A stretch of 40,411 bases of DNA from a virus (Duplodnaviria > Caudoviricetes), in IMG/VR virus record IMGVR_UViG_3300025875_000060, positions 1 through 40,411 of that record. One strand, written 5' to 3'. Each line of letters opens with the position of its first letter. Position 1 is the stretch's first letter. The position numbers were made by a program, and so were the translations under genes. The notes under the pieces are model-generated. The model saw only the letters and a program-made list of their open reading frames with translations, was not told the origin of the DNA and did no database searches. Shown piece by piece: positions 16,734 through 24,916 of the stretch.

Positions 16734-19445
16734 ATGGCGGTAGCGGTCCGCTCGAGCACCACCCTCCCGGCCAACGGCACAGCGACCACGGCCACCGTCA
16801 CCAAGCCGACGGGCGCGGCGGTCGGCGACGTCCTGGTCGCGGTCGTCTGCGCCGACCCGTCCATGCCCAGCGTCCCCACCGGCTGGACGCAGGCCGGGAC
16901 CGGCGCCAGCAACGTGCCGGTGTACGTGTGGTGGAAGACCGTCGCCGCCGACGAGCCGGCCACCTACTCGTTCGCGACCACCGGCGCCTCCGGGTACGAC
17001 ATCGTCATCGACGTCTTCGCCCTGACCGGGGCCAACACGTCGGCGCCGATCAGCCAGATCGTGTTCGGCGGCAGCGGCGCCGACGTCACCCCGCACATCG
17101 CACCCACCGTCACCCCGGGCGCGGCCGGGGCGATGCTGTTCACCGCCTACGGCACCCGCGGCGGCACCCAGACGCACACCCCACCCACGGGCATGACCGA
17201 GCTGTACGACAACGGCGACGGCTACGCCTACCTGTCGGTCAACAACCTCGCGCTCACCACCACCGCGGCGACCGGCACGAAGACCTCCACCCCGGGGTCG
17301 GCCGACGCCTACACCTCGGTGTCGTTCATCGTCGCCCCCGCGGCCGCCGGCGGGGACACCACCGCCCCCACCGTGCCGGGCAGCTTCACCGCCACCGCCG
17401 CCGGGCAGACCACGGTCAACCTGGCGTGGACCGCCTCCACCGACGCGGTCGGGGTGACGGGCTACACGATCACCCGCAACGGCACCACGGTCACCACCAC
17501 CGCGACCGGCACCTCGTACTCCGACACCGGCCGCACCGCGGGCACGCTGTACACGTACACGATCTCCGCGCACGACGCCGCGGGGAACGCCTCAGCCACC
17601 GCGACCGCGACGGCGACCACGGCCAGCAGCATCCCGGCCCTGCCCAACCAGGTGTCGGCCACGCTGCTGCGCACCACTGCCGGCGGCACCCCGATCTACA
17701 AGTACGAGGTGCAGACCTCCACCGCGGGTGGTCTGACCGCCGGGCAGAAGCAGGCCTACCTGTACGTGCCGGCCACCAAGTCGGGGGCGGCCAGCACGAA
17801 GCTGGTGTTCGCCGCGCACGGCCTCGGCGGGCTGTCCGGCGACATGATGGAGGAGGCGGGGGCGACGCTCCCGCTGCTGGACCTCCTGGCCGACGCCGGC
17901 TACGTCACCGTCGCGGTCGAGTACGAGGCGACGTACGGCAACACCGACTCCCAGGCGCGGCTGGCCCGCGCCTACGCCTACGCCACCGGCGTGTGGGCCG
18001 ACGCCGGCACGGTGCTGTTCGGCTTCTCGATGGGCGGGGCGATCTCCGCCGCCGCCATGCACAAGCACACCATCCCCGCGCGGGCGGTGCAGCTGATCGC
18101 CCCGCCGCTGCAGTGGACGGTGTTCGCCCCCGAGTCCCAGGGCGCCATCTACACCGCCTACGGCGTCTCCGTCGGGGACAACGCCGCGTTCGCCACCGCC
18201 ACCGCCGCGTGGGACCCGGCCCGGCAGCCGGTCAGCCAGTACGCCGGCCAGCGGTGGCGGGTCAACACCTCCCCCACCGACGACTACCAGACGCTGCGCC
18301 CCTCGGCCGTCTCCTTCCTCAACTCGATCGCCTCGGTCGCTGCCCAGGCGATCGACGTGCAGGTCACCGGCGGGCACGGTGCGGCCACCGAGTACGCCAA
18401 CCCCGCCCAGATGGTCGCCTTCTACGACGCGGCCATCGCAGCACCGGTCCCGTTGACCGTGAACGGAGCCCGGTCGGCCACGCGGGCGGGCAAGGCACTA
18501 CTCGCGCAGGCCACCACCCTGACCGTCTCCGGCGCCCGGGCCGCGACCCGCGTCGGCTCACCGCAGCTGGCTCAGGCCCATCCGGCCCTGACCGTCGCCA
18601 GCACCCGCACGTCGACCCGGGCGAGCTCGCCCGTGCTCGCGCAGGCGACGGCGTTGACGGTCCGCGGTGCCCGGAGCAGCAGTCGCGCCGGCGCTGTCCT
18701 GGTCACCCAGGACAGCACGCTGACGATCCGCGGTGCCCGCGCGGCGACCCGGGCCGGGACCGCGACGCTCTCCCAGGCCACCGTGCTGTCCGTCGGCAGC
18801 GCCCGCGCAGGAACGCGGGCCGCCACCGCCACACTCGCGCAGACGACCACGCTGGCCGTCACCAGCGCGCGGGCCTCCGCCCGCGCCGGGAACGCACTCC
18901 TGACCCAGGTCACTGCCCTGCAGGTCACGGGCGCCCGTTCGGCCACCCGCGCCAGCCAGCCGCTGCTGGTTGCCGCCGGCAGCCTGCTGATCGACGGGAC
19001 CCGCTCGAGCACCCGAGCTCAGTCCGTCCTGCTCGCGCAGACCACACCGCTGACGGTCGCCGCCGCCCGGGCGGGGACGCGGGCACATTCGGTCCTCCTC
19101 AGCCAGGCCACCGCGCTACTGGTCGCCGGGGCCCGGGCCGCGACTCGCGCCGGAACCGCGCTGCTCACGTCGACTGGCAGTGCGCTGCAGGTGTCCTCGG
19201 CGCGCGCGCAGACGCGAGCAACCGCCGCCCTGCTGCAGCAGGCGCAGCTGCTCACCGTGGCGGCGGCCCGCGCACCCAGCCGGGCGACCCGGCCGCTGCT
19301 CGCCGACTACGCCCCGAGCACCGCCATCGCGGGACCCGAGCACACCCTGCTCGTCCCCGCCGACGACCGGACGCTCGTCATCGCTGCCGACGACCGCACC
19401 CTCACCGTCACCCCAGACCTGCGAACCCTGACAGTCCCCGCCTGA
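16734..19445 (+). CDS. Multidomain fibre-like protein: N-terminal beta domain, FN3, alpha/beta hydrolase, 13 x ~22-aa repeats, C-terminal RTLxV repeats
   Basis: DTTAPTVP...LAWTASTDAVGVTGY...DAAGN (FN3); AHGLGG, GFSMGG, GGHG (hydrolase); repeats visible in translation. Confidence 0.8.
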   Translation: MAVAVRSSTTLPANGTATTATVTKPTGAAVGDVLVAVVCADPSMPSVPTGWTQAGTGASNVPVYVWWKTVAADEPATYSFATTGASGYDIVIDVFALTGANTSAPISQIVFGGSGADVTPHIAPTVTPGAAGAMLFTAYGTRGGTQTHTPPTGMTELYDNGDGYAYLSVNNLALTTTAATGTKTSTPGSADAYTSVSFIVAPAAAGGDTTAPTVPGSFTATAAGQTTVNLAWTASTDAVGVTGYTITRNGTTVTTTATGTSYSDTGRTAGTLYTYTISAHDAAGNASATATATATTASSIPALPNQVSATLLRTTAGGTPIYKYEVQTSTAGGLTAGQKQAYLYVPATKSGAASTKLVFAAHGLGGLSGDMMEEAGATLPLLDLLADAGYVTVAVEYEATYGNTDSQARLARAYAYATGVWADAGTVLFGFSMGGAISAAAMHKHTIPARAVQLIAPPLQWTVFAPESQGAIYTAYGVSVGDNAAFATATAAWDPARQPVSQYAGQRWRVNTSPTDDYQTLRPSAVSFLNSIASVAAQAIDVQVTGGHGAATEYANPAQMVAFYDAAIAAPVPLTVNGARSATRAGKALLAQATTLTVSGARAATRVGSPQLAQAHPALTVASTRTSTRASSPVLAQATALTVRGARSSSRAGAVLVTQDSTLTIRGARAATRAGTATLSQATVLSVGSARAGTRAATATLAQTTTLAVTSARASARAGNALLTQVTALQVTGARSATRASQPLLVAAGSLLIDGTRSSTRAQSVLLAQTTPLTVAAARAGTRAHSVLLSQATALLVAGARAATRAGTALLTSTGSALQVSSARAQTRATAALLQQAQLLTVAAARAPSRATRPLLADYAPSTAIAGPEHTLLVPADDRTLVIAADDRTLTVTPDLRTLTVPA
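18447..19310 (+). repeat. 13 degenerate ~66-bp / 22-aa coding repeats (LTVxGARAATRAGxxLLxQA)
   Basis: Read directly from translation. Confidence 0.9.
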
Positions 19446-19455
19446 GGAGCCCCCC

Positions 19456-19830
19456 GTGACCGCCCTGTACGACACCACCGTCATCGACGCCGCCCTCGAC
19501 AAGATCGCCACCGCCACCGTGCTGCACATCTGCTCCGGCACCCCCGCCAGCCGGGCCACGGTGCTTTCCTCCAGCCTCGCCAACGTCACCGTCTCCTCCG
19601 GCGACTTCACCAAGGCCGCCGGCAACGTCGACGGCCGCAAGGTCACCGTCGCCGCCAAGACCGGCGTCGCCGTCACCACCTCCGGCACCGCAGCCAGCTA
19701 CTGCCTCATCGACGGCACCACCCTGCTGGCCCGCACCGACGTCAACGCCGCCTCCCCCGCACTCACCTCCGGGTCGACCACGTCGATCCCCGCGGTGGCG
19801 TTCGAGGTCGGCGCCCCCACCGTCGTCTGA
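19456..19830 (+). CDS. Small beta-rich structural protein (putative fibre subunit)
   Basis: GAGGAG RBS; strongly biased codon usage; Thr/Ala/Val-rich; DGRKVTVAAK and SGTA motifs. Confidence 0.65.
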   Translation: MTALYDTTVIDAALDKIATATVLHICSGTPASRATVLSSSLANVTVSSGDFTKAAGNVDGRKVTVAAKTGVAVTTSGTAASYCLIDGTTLLARTDVNAASPALTSGSTTSIPAVAFEVGAPTVV

Positions 19831-20102
19831 TGCTCAAGGACCCGGACGCGACGCTGCCGTTCACCGTCGACTGGTCGGCCTGGCTCGCAGCCGAACAGGA
19901 CACCGCGGACACCGCCACCTGGACCGTGCCCGACGGCCTCACCCAGGAGACCGAACCAGCACCGAACCTGGCCAACGGCAAAGCCACCGTCTGGCTGTCC
20001 GGCGGGACCGCAGGCCGCGGCTACACCGTCACCTGCCGGCTCACCACCACTGGTGGTCGCACCGACGAACGCAACATCGGCATCAGCGTCCGCAACCGCT
20101 GA
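19830..20102 (+). CDS. Putative fibre adaptor protein
   Basis: KDPDATLPFTVDWSAWL...ATVWLSGGTAG..YTVTCRLTT..GRTDER, a widespread small phage structural family; TGATG coupling. Confidence 0.7.
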   Translation: MLKDPDATLPFTVDWSAWLAAEQDTADTATWTVPDGLTQETEPAPNLANGKATVWLSGGTAGRGYTVTCRLTTTGGRTDERNIGISVRNR

Positions 20103-20106
20103 CACC

Positions 20107-20149
20107 ACAACGCCCCACCCTCCGCCCCGGCGGCAGGGTGGGGCGTTGT
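20107..20149. terminator. Bidirectional intrinsic terminator
   Basis: 15-bp perfect inverted repeat ACAACGCCCCACCCT / AGGGTGGGGCGTTGT between convergent genes. Confidence 0.85.
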
Positions 20150-20160
20150 CGTCGTTTCTG

Positions 20161-20334
20161 TCACGAGCCTGCAAGCACTAACAGCTGCACCACGATCACC
20201 AAGGCAGCCAGAACAGTGAAGAAGATCATCATGCCGCGCAGCTGCTCGGCAGCATGGGTTTGTCGCCGCAACTGCTCAGCGACGAAGTTCCGCCACTCGT
20301 CCTCGGTGCGCTGCGGCTGCAAGGGCTGACTCAT
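20161..20334 (-). CDS. Small membrane protein (57 aa, C-terminal TM)
   Basis: AGGAGGAG RBS, TACTGT -10 upstream, hydrophobic C-terminus. Confidence 0.7.
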   Translation of the reverse strand: MSQPLQPQRTEDEWRNFVAEQLRRQTHAAEQLRGMMIFFTVLAALVIVVQLLVLAGS

Positions 20335-20396
20335 GTGCTCCTCCTGCGAGATGGTGACCGCACAGTAGCGGCCGGTGATGGTCCGGTACGACAAGC

Positions 20397-20600
20397 GTGC
20401 GTCAGCGGTGCGTCTACGTGGGTCATGGAACGGGGGCGTCTTGCCGTCATATGGGACACCGTGACAGGTCCCTAGCGGGATGCGGCTACTCCACGCTGAC
20501 CTGAGCAGCGTCTACAGGGCCAATATGTGCTCCTGCGGCGGGAAGCGGTCACCCGCAGGTCAGGAGCTTGTCCCGCCGCCAATGCGTCTCTGGTGCGTCA
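20397..20600. other. Putative attP region
   Basis: Just downstream of and overlapping the int 3' end; paired RTGCGTC direct repeats 11 bp apart at 20397/20408 and 20582/20593; CTGACCTG/CAGGTCAG inverted pair at 20496/20556. Confidence 0.65.
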
Positions 20601-21657
20601 CGACGCGATCCCAAGAGCCCTCGATCGACGCATGGGCATCCGGCGCGAGGTGCGCGTACCGCATCGTCGTGGTGATCGACTCGTGCCCCAGCAGCTTCTG
20701 CACGTCGTACAACGGCACCCCGTCCTGCACCAGCCACGAGGCGGCGGTGTGTCGCAAGGTGTGAGGTGGGTATCGCGGCACCGCCTGGTCGCCGACTCGG
20801 GCAACCTCGAGCGCGACGCTCCAGTGGATGCGCCAGTTGCTCGCCGAGAACGGTCGACCGAGTTTCGCGGTGACAAACAGCAGCTCATCTGCGTCTCGAC
20901 CAGCCACCAACGGGGACAAGCGTTCGAGCACATGGCTGGGGACGGGTACCTCACGGCGGGATCGCGCCGACTTGGGATAGTCCTTGCGCCGGCCGCCCTG
21001 GGTCACTGTCCCGACCACACGAGCCCGTCGTCGCATCCAGTCAATGTCGCCGATCTTCAGCCCGGCGTGCTCACCCCACCGAAGTCCCGTCCACGCCATG
21101 AGCTCGACACCTGCCGCGTGCACGGTCGGGAGCTCATCAACGATCGCTCTGACCTGCTCGCGGGTGAACCACGCCGGGTGCTTCATCGGGGTGGCCGGCA
21201 GGTCGATCGAGCGACAGGGTGTGTCGGTCAGGACGCCCTCAATGACGGCATCCTTCATCATCGTGGCCAGCAGGTTGTACGCCCGACGGATCATGTGCGC
21301 ACCCACGCTGGCGGCGTGCATCCGGCGCACCCACCCCTGCACCTCCAGTCGACTGATGCCGTTGAGGCGCCACCCTGTCCACTGCGGGTCGAGGTGCACC
21401 CGCAGCACCGACGCATCGGTCTTCACCGTCTCGGCCTCGACCACCCGGGCGGCCATGAAACGATCGCGCCACTCGTCATAAGTGACCCGGCCGGCACGAG
21501 GGTCTCGCCACTCGCCGCGGGCGATCGCAGACTCCAGGTCGCGGCCCCAGTCGAAGACGACCTTGCGCAGCCGGTCGGTGCGCGTTGTCCGCTTGCCGTT
21601 GGGCAGGCGGACGGTTGCTTGGTACAGGCCAGAGTCGAGCTTGCGGATGTAGGCCAT
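20560..21657 (-). CDS. int: Tyrosine integrase
   Basis: TGLRWGE (R), PKS (K), HTLRHT (HxxR), LGH, RYAH catalytic motifs; N-terminal arm-binding domain. Confidence 0.95.
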   Translation of the reverse strand: MAYIRKLDSGLYQATVRLPNGKRTTRTDRLRKVVFDWGRDLESAIARGEWRDPRAGRVTYDEWRDRFMAARVVEAETVKTDASVLRVHLDPQWTGWRLNGISRLEVQGWVRRMHAASVGAHMIRRAYNLLATMMKDAVIEGVLTDTPCRSIDLPATPMKHPAWFTREQVRAIVDELPTVHAAGVELMAWTGLRWGEHAGLKIGDIDWMRRRARVVGTVTQGGRRKDYPKSARSRREVPVPSHVLERLSPLVAGRDADELLFVTAKLGRPFSASNWRIHWSVALEVARVGDQAVPRYPPHTLRHTAASWLVQDGVPLYDVQKLLGHESITTTMRYAHLAPDAHASIEGSWDRVVTHQRRIGGGTSS

Positions 21658-21869
21658 CAGCTGGCCCGCCGGCCTTCACGGATCCGCCGCAGCCGGTGGA
21701 TCAACAGCGCAGCGACCTGCTCAGCCTCGTGGTCATCGACCAGGCGGTTCAGCACCTGGTAGTAGCGGATCTCGGTGAGCCCCAGCTTCCGGATCGCCTG
21801 CAGCTTCCGCCCGGGGTACCGGTGCCAGCGGTCCTCCACGGCGAGGATCGCCAGCTCCAGGTCGGTCAT
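21657..21869 (-). CDS. DUF3263-like protein
   Basis: AIL..E.RW....GRKLQAIR.LGL...RYYQVLNRL...RLRRIR; overlaps both neighbours. Confidence 0.75.
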   Translation of the reverse strand: MTDLELAILAVEDRWHRYPGRKLQAIRKLGLTEIRYYQVLNRLVDDHEAEQVAALLIHRLRRIREGRRAS

Positions 21870-22315
21870 GCGATGCCCCAGTTCTCCGAGGCCTGCAGCC
21901 GCTCCTCGATCGCATCCCGTTCGGCAGCGGCTAGCCCGGCGATCCGGGTCCGCAGTGTCGGGACGTCCACCCACAGCTGGTCGGCCACTTCCCGCGGATG
22001 GTCCGACAGCAGCAGTGCCTCGATGAGTTCCCCGAGGGAGACGAGCCGGCGGGCGGCGATGCCGTCGACGATCGTCTCTTCCTTCTGCCTCAGGTGCGGA
22101 TCGGAGGGCACCGGGCCTCGATGTAGATGGATGTCCTCGTGAGTCACGGTGCACCTCCTCTCCACCTGCAGTAGGGATCGCTCGAGGACGACTTCACCGG
22201 CGGCGAAGTCGGTGTAGCCGTACATACCGTCGGGCAGGTCGGCGTACCGCACGCTGATGTGCGGGTGGTGGTGCGCCAGGTGGCGCCATGGATGCCAGAT
22301 CCCCCGTGCCTTCAT
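21866..22315 (-). CDS. ImmA/IrrE-family metallopeptidase (anti-repressor)
   Basis: ERRCTVTHEDIH (HExxH), EE....IAARRL, A.QLWVD; adjacent to repressor. Confidence 0.85.
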   Translation of the reverse strand: MKARGIWHPWRHLAHHHPHISVRYADLPDGMYGYTDFAAGEVVLERSLLQVERRCTVTHEDIHLHRGPVPSDPHLRQKEETIVDGIAARRLVSLGELIEALLLSDHPREVADQLWVDVPTLRTRIAGLAAAERDAIEERLQASENWGIA

Positions 22316-22322
22316 GGCAGAA

Positions 22323-22344
22323 GGTCTATCGATGGGGTCTGACG
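22323..22344 (-). promoter_or_regulatory. RecA-NDp/PafBC-like promoter for leaderless immA
   Basis: Minus strand CGTCAG-N10-TAGACC, 7 nt upstream of ATG, no SD sequence. Confidence 0.5.
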
Positions 22345-22371
22345 GAACGCCCCCGTCTTGTAACTACATGC

Positions 22372-22848
22372 TCAGGATTCGTCGAACCCGGGGTCGTAGT
22401 CGGGCGCTTCAGCCTGGGCGTCAAGGTCCTGGCGCAGCTGCTTGCCCTCGCTGTGACCGAGGCGAGCAGCCAAGCCGTACTCGTGCACGGTGGCCGGCTC
22501 TGGGCCGGCGAGGGGCGGCACCTCGTCGGCCGCTGCGACGATTGAGCGGATCAGTTCATCCAGAGCTTTGCGCTGTCGTCGGCTCAGGCGGTTGGCCTCA
22601 GGCGGGGCTGAGTACGGCTCGCTTTCGCCGCGGGCCTGCGCGGCCCACGTGCGGATGGTGGTGACCTCGACGCGCAGTGCGGCGGCCACCTTCTGGATGG
22701 TCTCTTCACGGGACTCCCGATCACCGGTGATGAGCCCTGTGACGGTGCTGGTTGGCACGCCGGCAGCTATCCCAAGGCGGGTGCGTGAGCTGAGTCCAAC
22801 CCTGTCCATGGCTTCCTGCCAGTGGTCGGGGTTCTTGGGCTCAGTCAC
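22372..22848 (-). CDS. Immunity repressor (XRE-family HTH, ImmR-like)
   Basis: SRTRLGIAAGVPTSTVTGLITG...EETIQKVAAAL HTH; C-terminal GLAAR typical of ImmA-associated repressors; divergent from Cro; start uncertain. Confidence 0.8.
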   Translation of the reverse strand: MTEPKNPDHWQEAMDRVGLSSRTRLGIAAGVPTSTVTGLITGDRESREETIQKVAAALRVEVTTIRTWAAQARGESEPYSAPPEANRLSRRQRKALDELIRSIVAAADEVPPLAGPEPATVHEYGLAARLGHSEGKQLRQDLDAQAEAPDYDPGFDES

Positions 22849-23032
22849 GTCTACAGCACCTTTGAGGTCGACTCGGGAGTTGTCCAGCCGCAGCGTAGAC
22901 AACCCGTCTACAAACTCCACGCTCGTAGTTCGTCCACCTGCACGTCAGCGACTCGTCGGGGTGTCATCGCTGTAGACGGTTGCGTCTACCTGTCGTAAGG
23001 TCTTGCGTGACAGCGCAAGACCCGTCTACAGT
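22848..23032. promoter_or_regulatory. Divergent immunity control region with GTAGAC/GTCTAC operator half-sites and rightward promoter
   Basis: CGTCTAC at 22848, 22905, 22983, 23023; GTAGAC at 22895, 22972; TTGCGT(23003)-N18-TACAGT(23027). Confidence 0.7.
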
Positions 23033-23047
23033 GAAGGAGTCGCGAAC

Positions 23048-23332
23048 GTGGCAACCGATTGGAGGCTCGACGTGCGCCTCAAAAGCAAAGAACTACTCGT
23101 CGGCTTGATGGCCGTGCAGCAGCTCTCGGTCCGCGAACTGGCCCGGCGCTGCGGGGGTCCTCAGCACCGCTCCGCGATCGGGCACCTGTGCTCAGGGAAG
23201 CGGGACACCTGCAGTCCCCAGCTCGCCAGCGCCATCCAGGAGGCCATCGGCAACCCCAAGGCCATCCTCTTCGAGCCCGAGGTGTATCGCGTAGCGCACG
23301 AGGGCGCGACCCAAGTGGGGCGTGTGGCGTGA
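23048..23332 (+). CDS. Cro-like HTH regulator
   Basis: LSVRELARRCG...RSAIGHLCSGKR HTH; AAGGAG RBS. Confidence 0.8.
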   Translation: MATDWRLDVRLKSKELLVGLMAVQQLSVRELARRCGGPQHRSAIGHLCSGKRDTCSPQLASAIQEAIGNPKAILFEPEVYRVAHEGATQVGRVA

Positions 23333-23529
23333 CGCTGCTGCTCACCGTCCCCGAGGCAGCTGAGGAGCTGCGCTGCTCGGAGAACACGGTCTACCGGCTG
23401 ATCTCCGAGGGCCTGATCCAGACCTGCGACATCGGCCTCAGGGGCCGGGCGCGGACTCGGATCACGCAGAGGGCGCTGCAGGACTTCATCGCAGCGCGCA
23501 CCACCACGCGGCCCCGCCGCACCGCCTGA
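23329..23529 (+). CDS. xis: Excisionase (winged HTH)
   Basis: LLTVPEAAEELRCSENTVYRLI..G. Confidence 0.8.
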   Translation: MTLLLTVPEAAEELRCSENTVYRLISEGLIQTCDIGLRGRARTRITQRALQDFIAARTTTRPRRTA

Positions 23530-23608
23530 CCCACCCCCGAAACGACGACAGCCGCCCTCATGCAGGAGGACGGCCGTCATCTCGACCGACTGATGGGAGT
23601 CGATCACC

Positions 23609-23914
23609 ATGCACGATCTCACGACCCGGCCGATCTCCGTGGACCTGCCGCCCACCACGTTGATCCCGAAGCTGGACGGTCGGCCGCTGCTGCCCGCCCC
23701 GTGCGGTGGTGTCGCCACCTACGACACCCGGGCCCCGCTGCGTCGCCTGTTCGACCGGCTGCTGGCGCTGGTAGCGACCGTGTTCGCCGCGGTGCTCGAC
23801 CCGGAGACGTCCAACCCCCGGCCGCACGCCGGCTACGTCGGCGGAACCGTCATCGCCTGCGCCCTGATCACCGCCTACGCGATCGCCGGACTCATCTCGG
23901 GCGGTGCCCGGTGA
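23609..23914 (+). CDS. Hypothetical membrane protein
   Basis: GGGAG RBS; hydrophobic C-terminus. Confidence 0.55.
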   Translation: MHDLTTRPISVDLPPTTLIPKLDGRPLLPAPCGGVATYDTRAPLRRLFDRLLALVATVFAAVLDPETSNPRPHAGYVGGTVIACALITAYAIAGLISGGAR

Positions 23915-24072
23915 CCCCCGACGAGGCGCTGCTGTGCGTCTCCCTCGGCATCTGCGCCCTCGCCGTCATCGGCGCCGTGCTGCTCCGCGACCCCAACTCG
24001 CGCCTCTCTCGTCGCCTCGACGACCGGATCGACACCGCGTTCGCCAACAACATCACGGAGGTCCTCCGATGA
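23911..24072 (+). CDS. Small membrane protein
   Basis: GTGA/ATGA overlaps; one TM segment. Confidence 0.55.
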   Translation: MTPDEALLCVSLGICALAVIGAVLLRDPNSRLSRRLDDRIDTAFANNITEVLR

Positions 24073-24458
24073 CCGCACTCCCCCACGGCACCGCTGAGGC
24101 GCTCGCCGTGTGCGCGCACCTGGAGCAGCTGACCGCCACCCTGGGTGCGGACGCGGCCGAGGTGTCCCGCATCTACCGGCCGCTGCTCGGCCTCACCTCA
24201 GCGGACACCACGGAGGTGATTGGGCACCTGCGGGACGAGCTGGACCAGCTGTGGCGGCTCATCTCCTGCGACTGGATGGACTCCGACCTCGACGAGCTGC
24301 CGGACCACCCGCGGTTCGACGCGATGACCGTCGACCAGGCGCAGGTCGAGGCCGCGGCCCGCACGGCGGCGCGGCTGGTGGAGCAGATCGAGGGCTACGT
24401 GGCCCGGCGTCGCCAGCCCACCCGCGAGCAGGCCGCGATCGTGGCGGTGGCGTCGTGA
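24069..24458 (+). CDS. Hypothetical protein
   Basis: GGAGG RBS, coupled overlaps. Confidence 0.65.
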   Translation: MTALPHGTAEALAVCAHLEQLTATLGADAAEVSRIYRPLLGLTSADTTEVIGHLRDELDQLWRLISCDWMDSDLDELPDHPRFDAMTVDQAQVEAAARTAARLVEQIEGYVARRRQPTREQAAIVAVAS

Positions 24459-24916
24459 TCACCCTCGAGCAGGTCGCGGACCTGCAGCCCGGCGACGTCA
24501 TCCGGCTGGAGTCCTTGGACTGGCCGTCGGGGACGTCGATCAGCGGCCCACTGGAGTTGTCGGAGTACGGAGCGCTCCTGCTCCACTTGCCGAACAAGCA
24601 GGGCAGCTACGTCATCCGTGAGGCCAATGGGAGCGTGCTCTTCGGCCCTCAGCGGACTATCGAGCTGATCTCCCGCGCTCCGCGCCCGCTGTACGTCAAC
24701 CACCCGCGCGAGACGCCCGCCTACGGCGATGTGGTCAGGGACGCCACGGGGACCATCCGGTACGCCGTGCCGCGCACGATGGACCGCCGCAACGGGCCCC
24801 AGTGGTGGGGATCCATCGAAGAGCACGACGGCGAGTGGCTGCACTGCAGCACTGAGTTCATGAAGAAGCCCCTCACCCTGCTGTGGGACGGCGAAACCGG
24901 GCAGGTCGTCCAGTGA
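24455..24916 (+). CDS. Hypothetical protein
   Basis: GTGA overlaps on both sides. Confidence 0.65.
   Translation: MITLEQVADLQPGDVIRLESLDWPSGTSISGPLELSEYGALLLHLPNKQGSYVIREANGSVLFGPQRTIELISRAPRPLYVNHPRETPAYGDVVRDATGTIRYAVPRTMDRRNGPQWWGSIEEHDGEWLHCSTEFMKKPLTLLWDGETGQVVQ

Noticed and set aside
17690-18440. Hydrolase as a conventional lysin B
   Set aside because: Embedded in an FN3/repeat protein and lacks the cutinase-like GYSQG motif
18447-19310. Repeats as DGR template/variable region or invertible cassette
   Set aside because: No reverse transcriptase or invertase seen; repeats are conserved at protein level and divergent at DNA level
16664-19459. 931-aa Arg/His-rich + strand ORF
   Set aside because: Alternate-frame shadow of the 16734-19445 gene caused by high GC3
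20335-20560. tRNA gene or fragment at attP
   Set aside because: No T-loop GTTCRA or acceptor-stem pattern visible by eye on either strand
20527-21762. 411-aa + strand ORF
   Set aside because: Antisense to the integrase; no motifs
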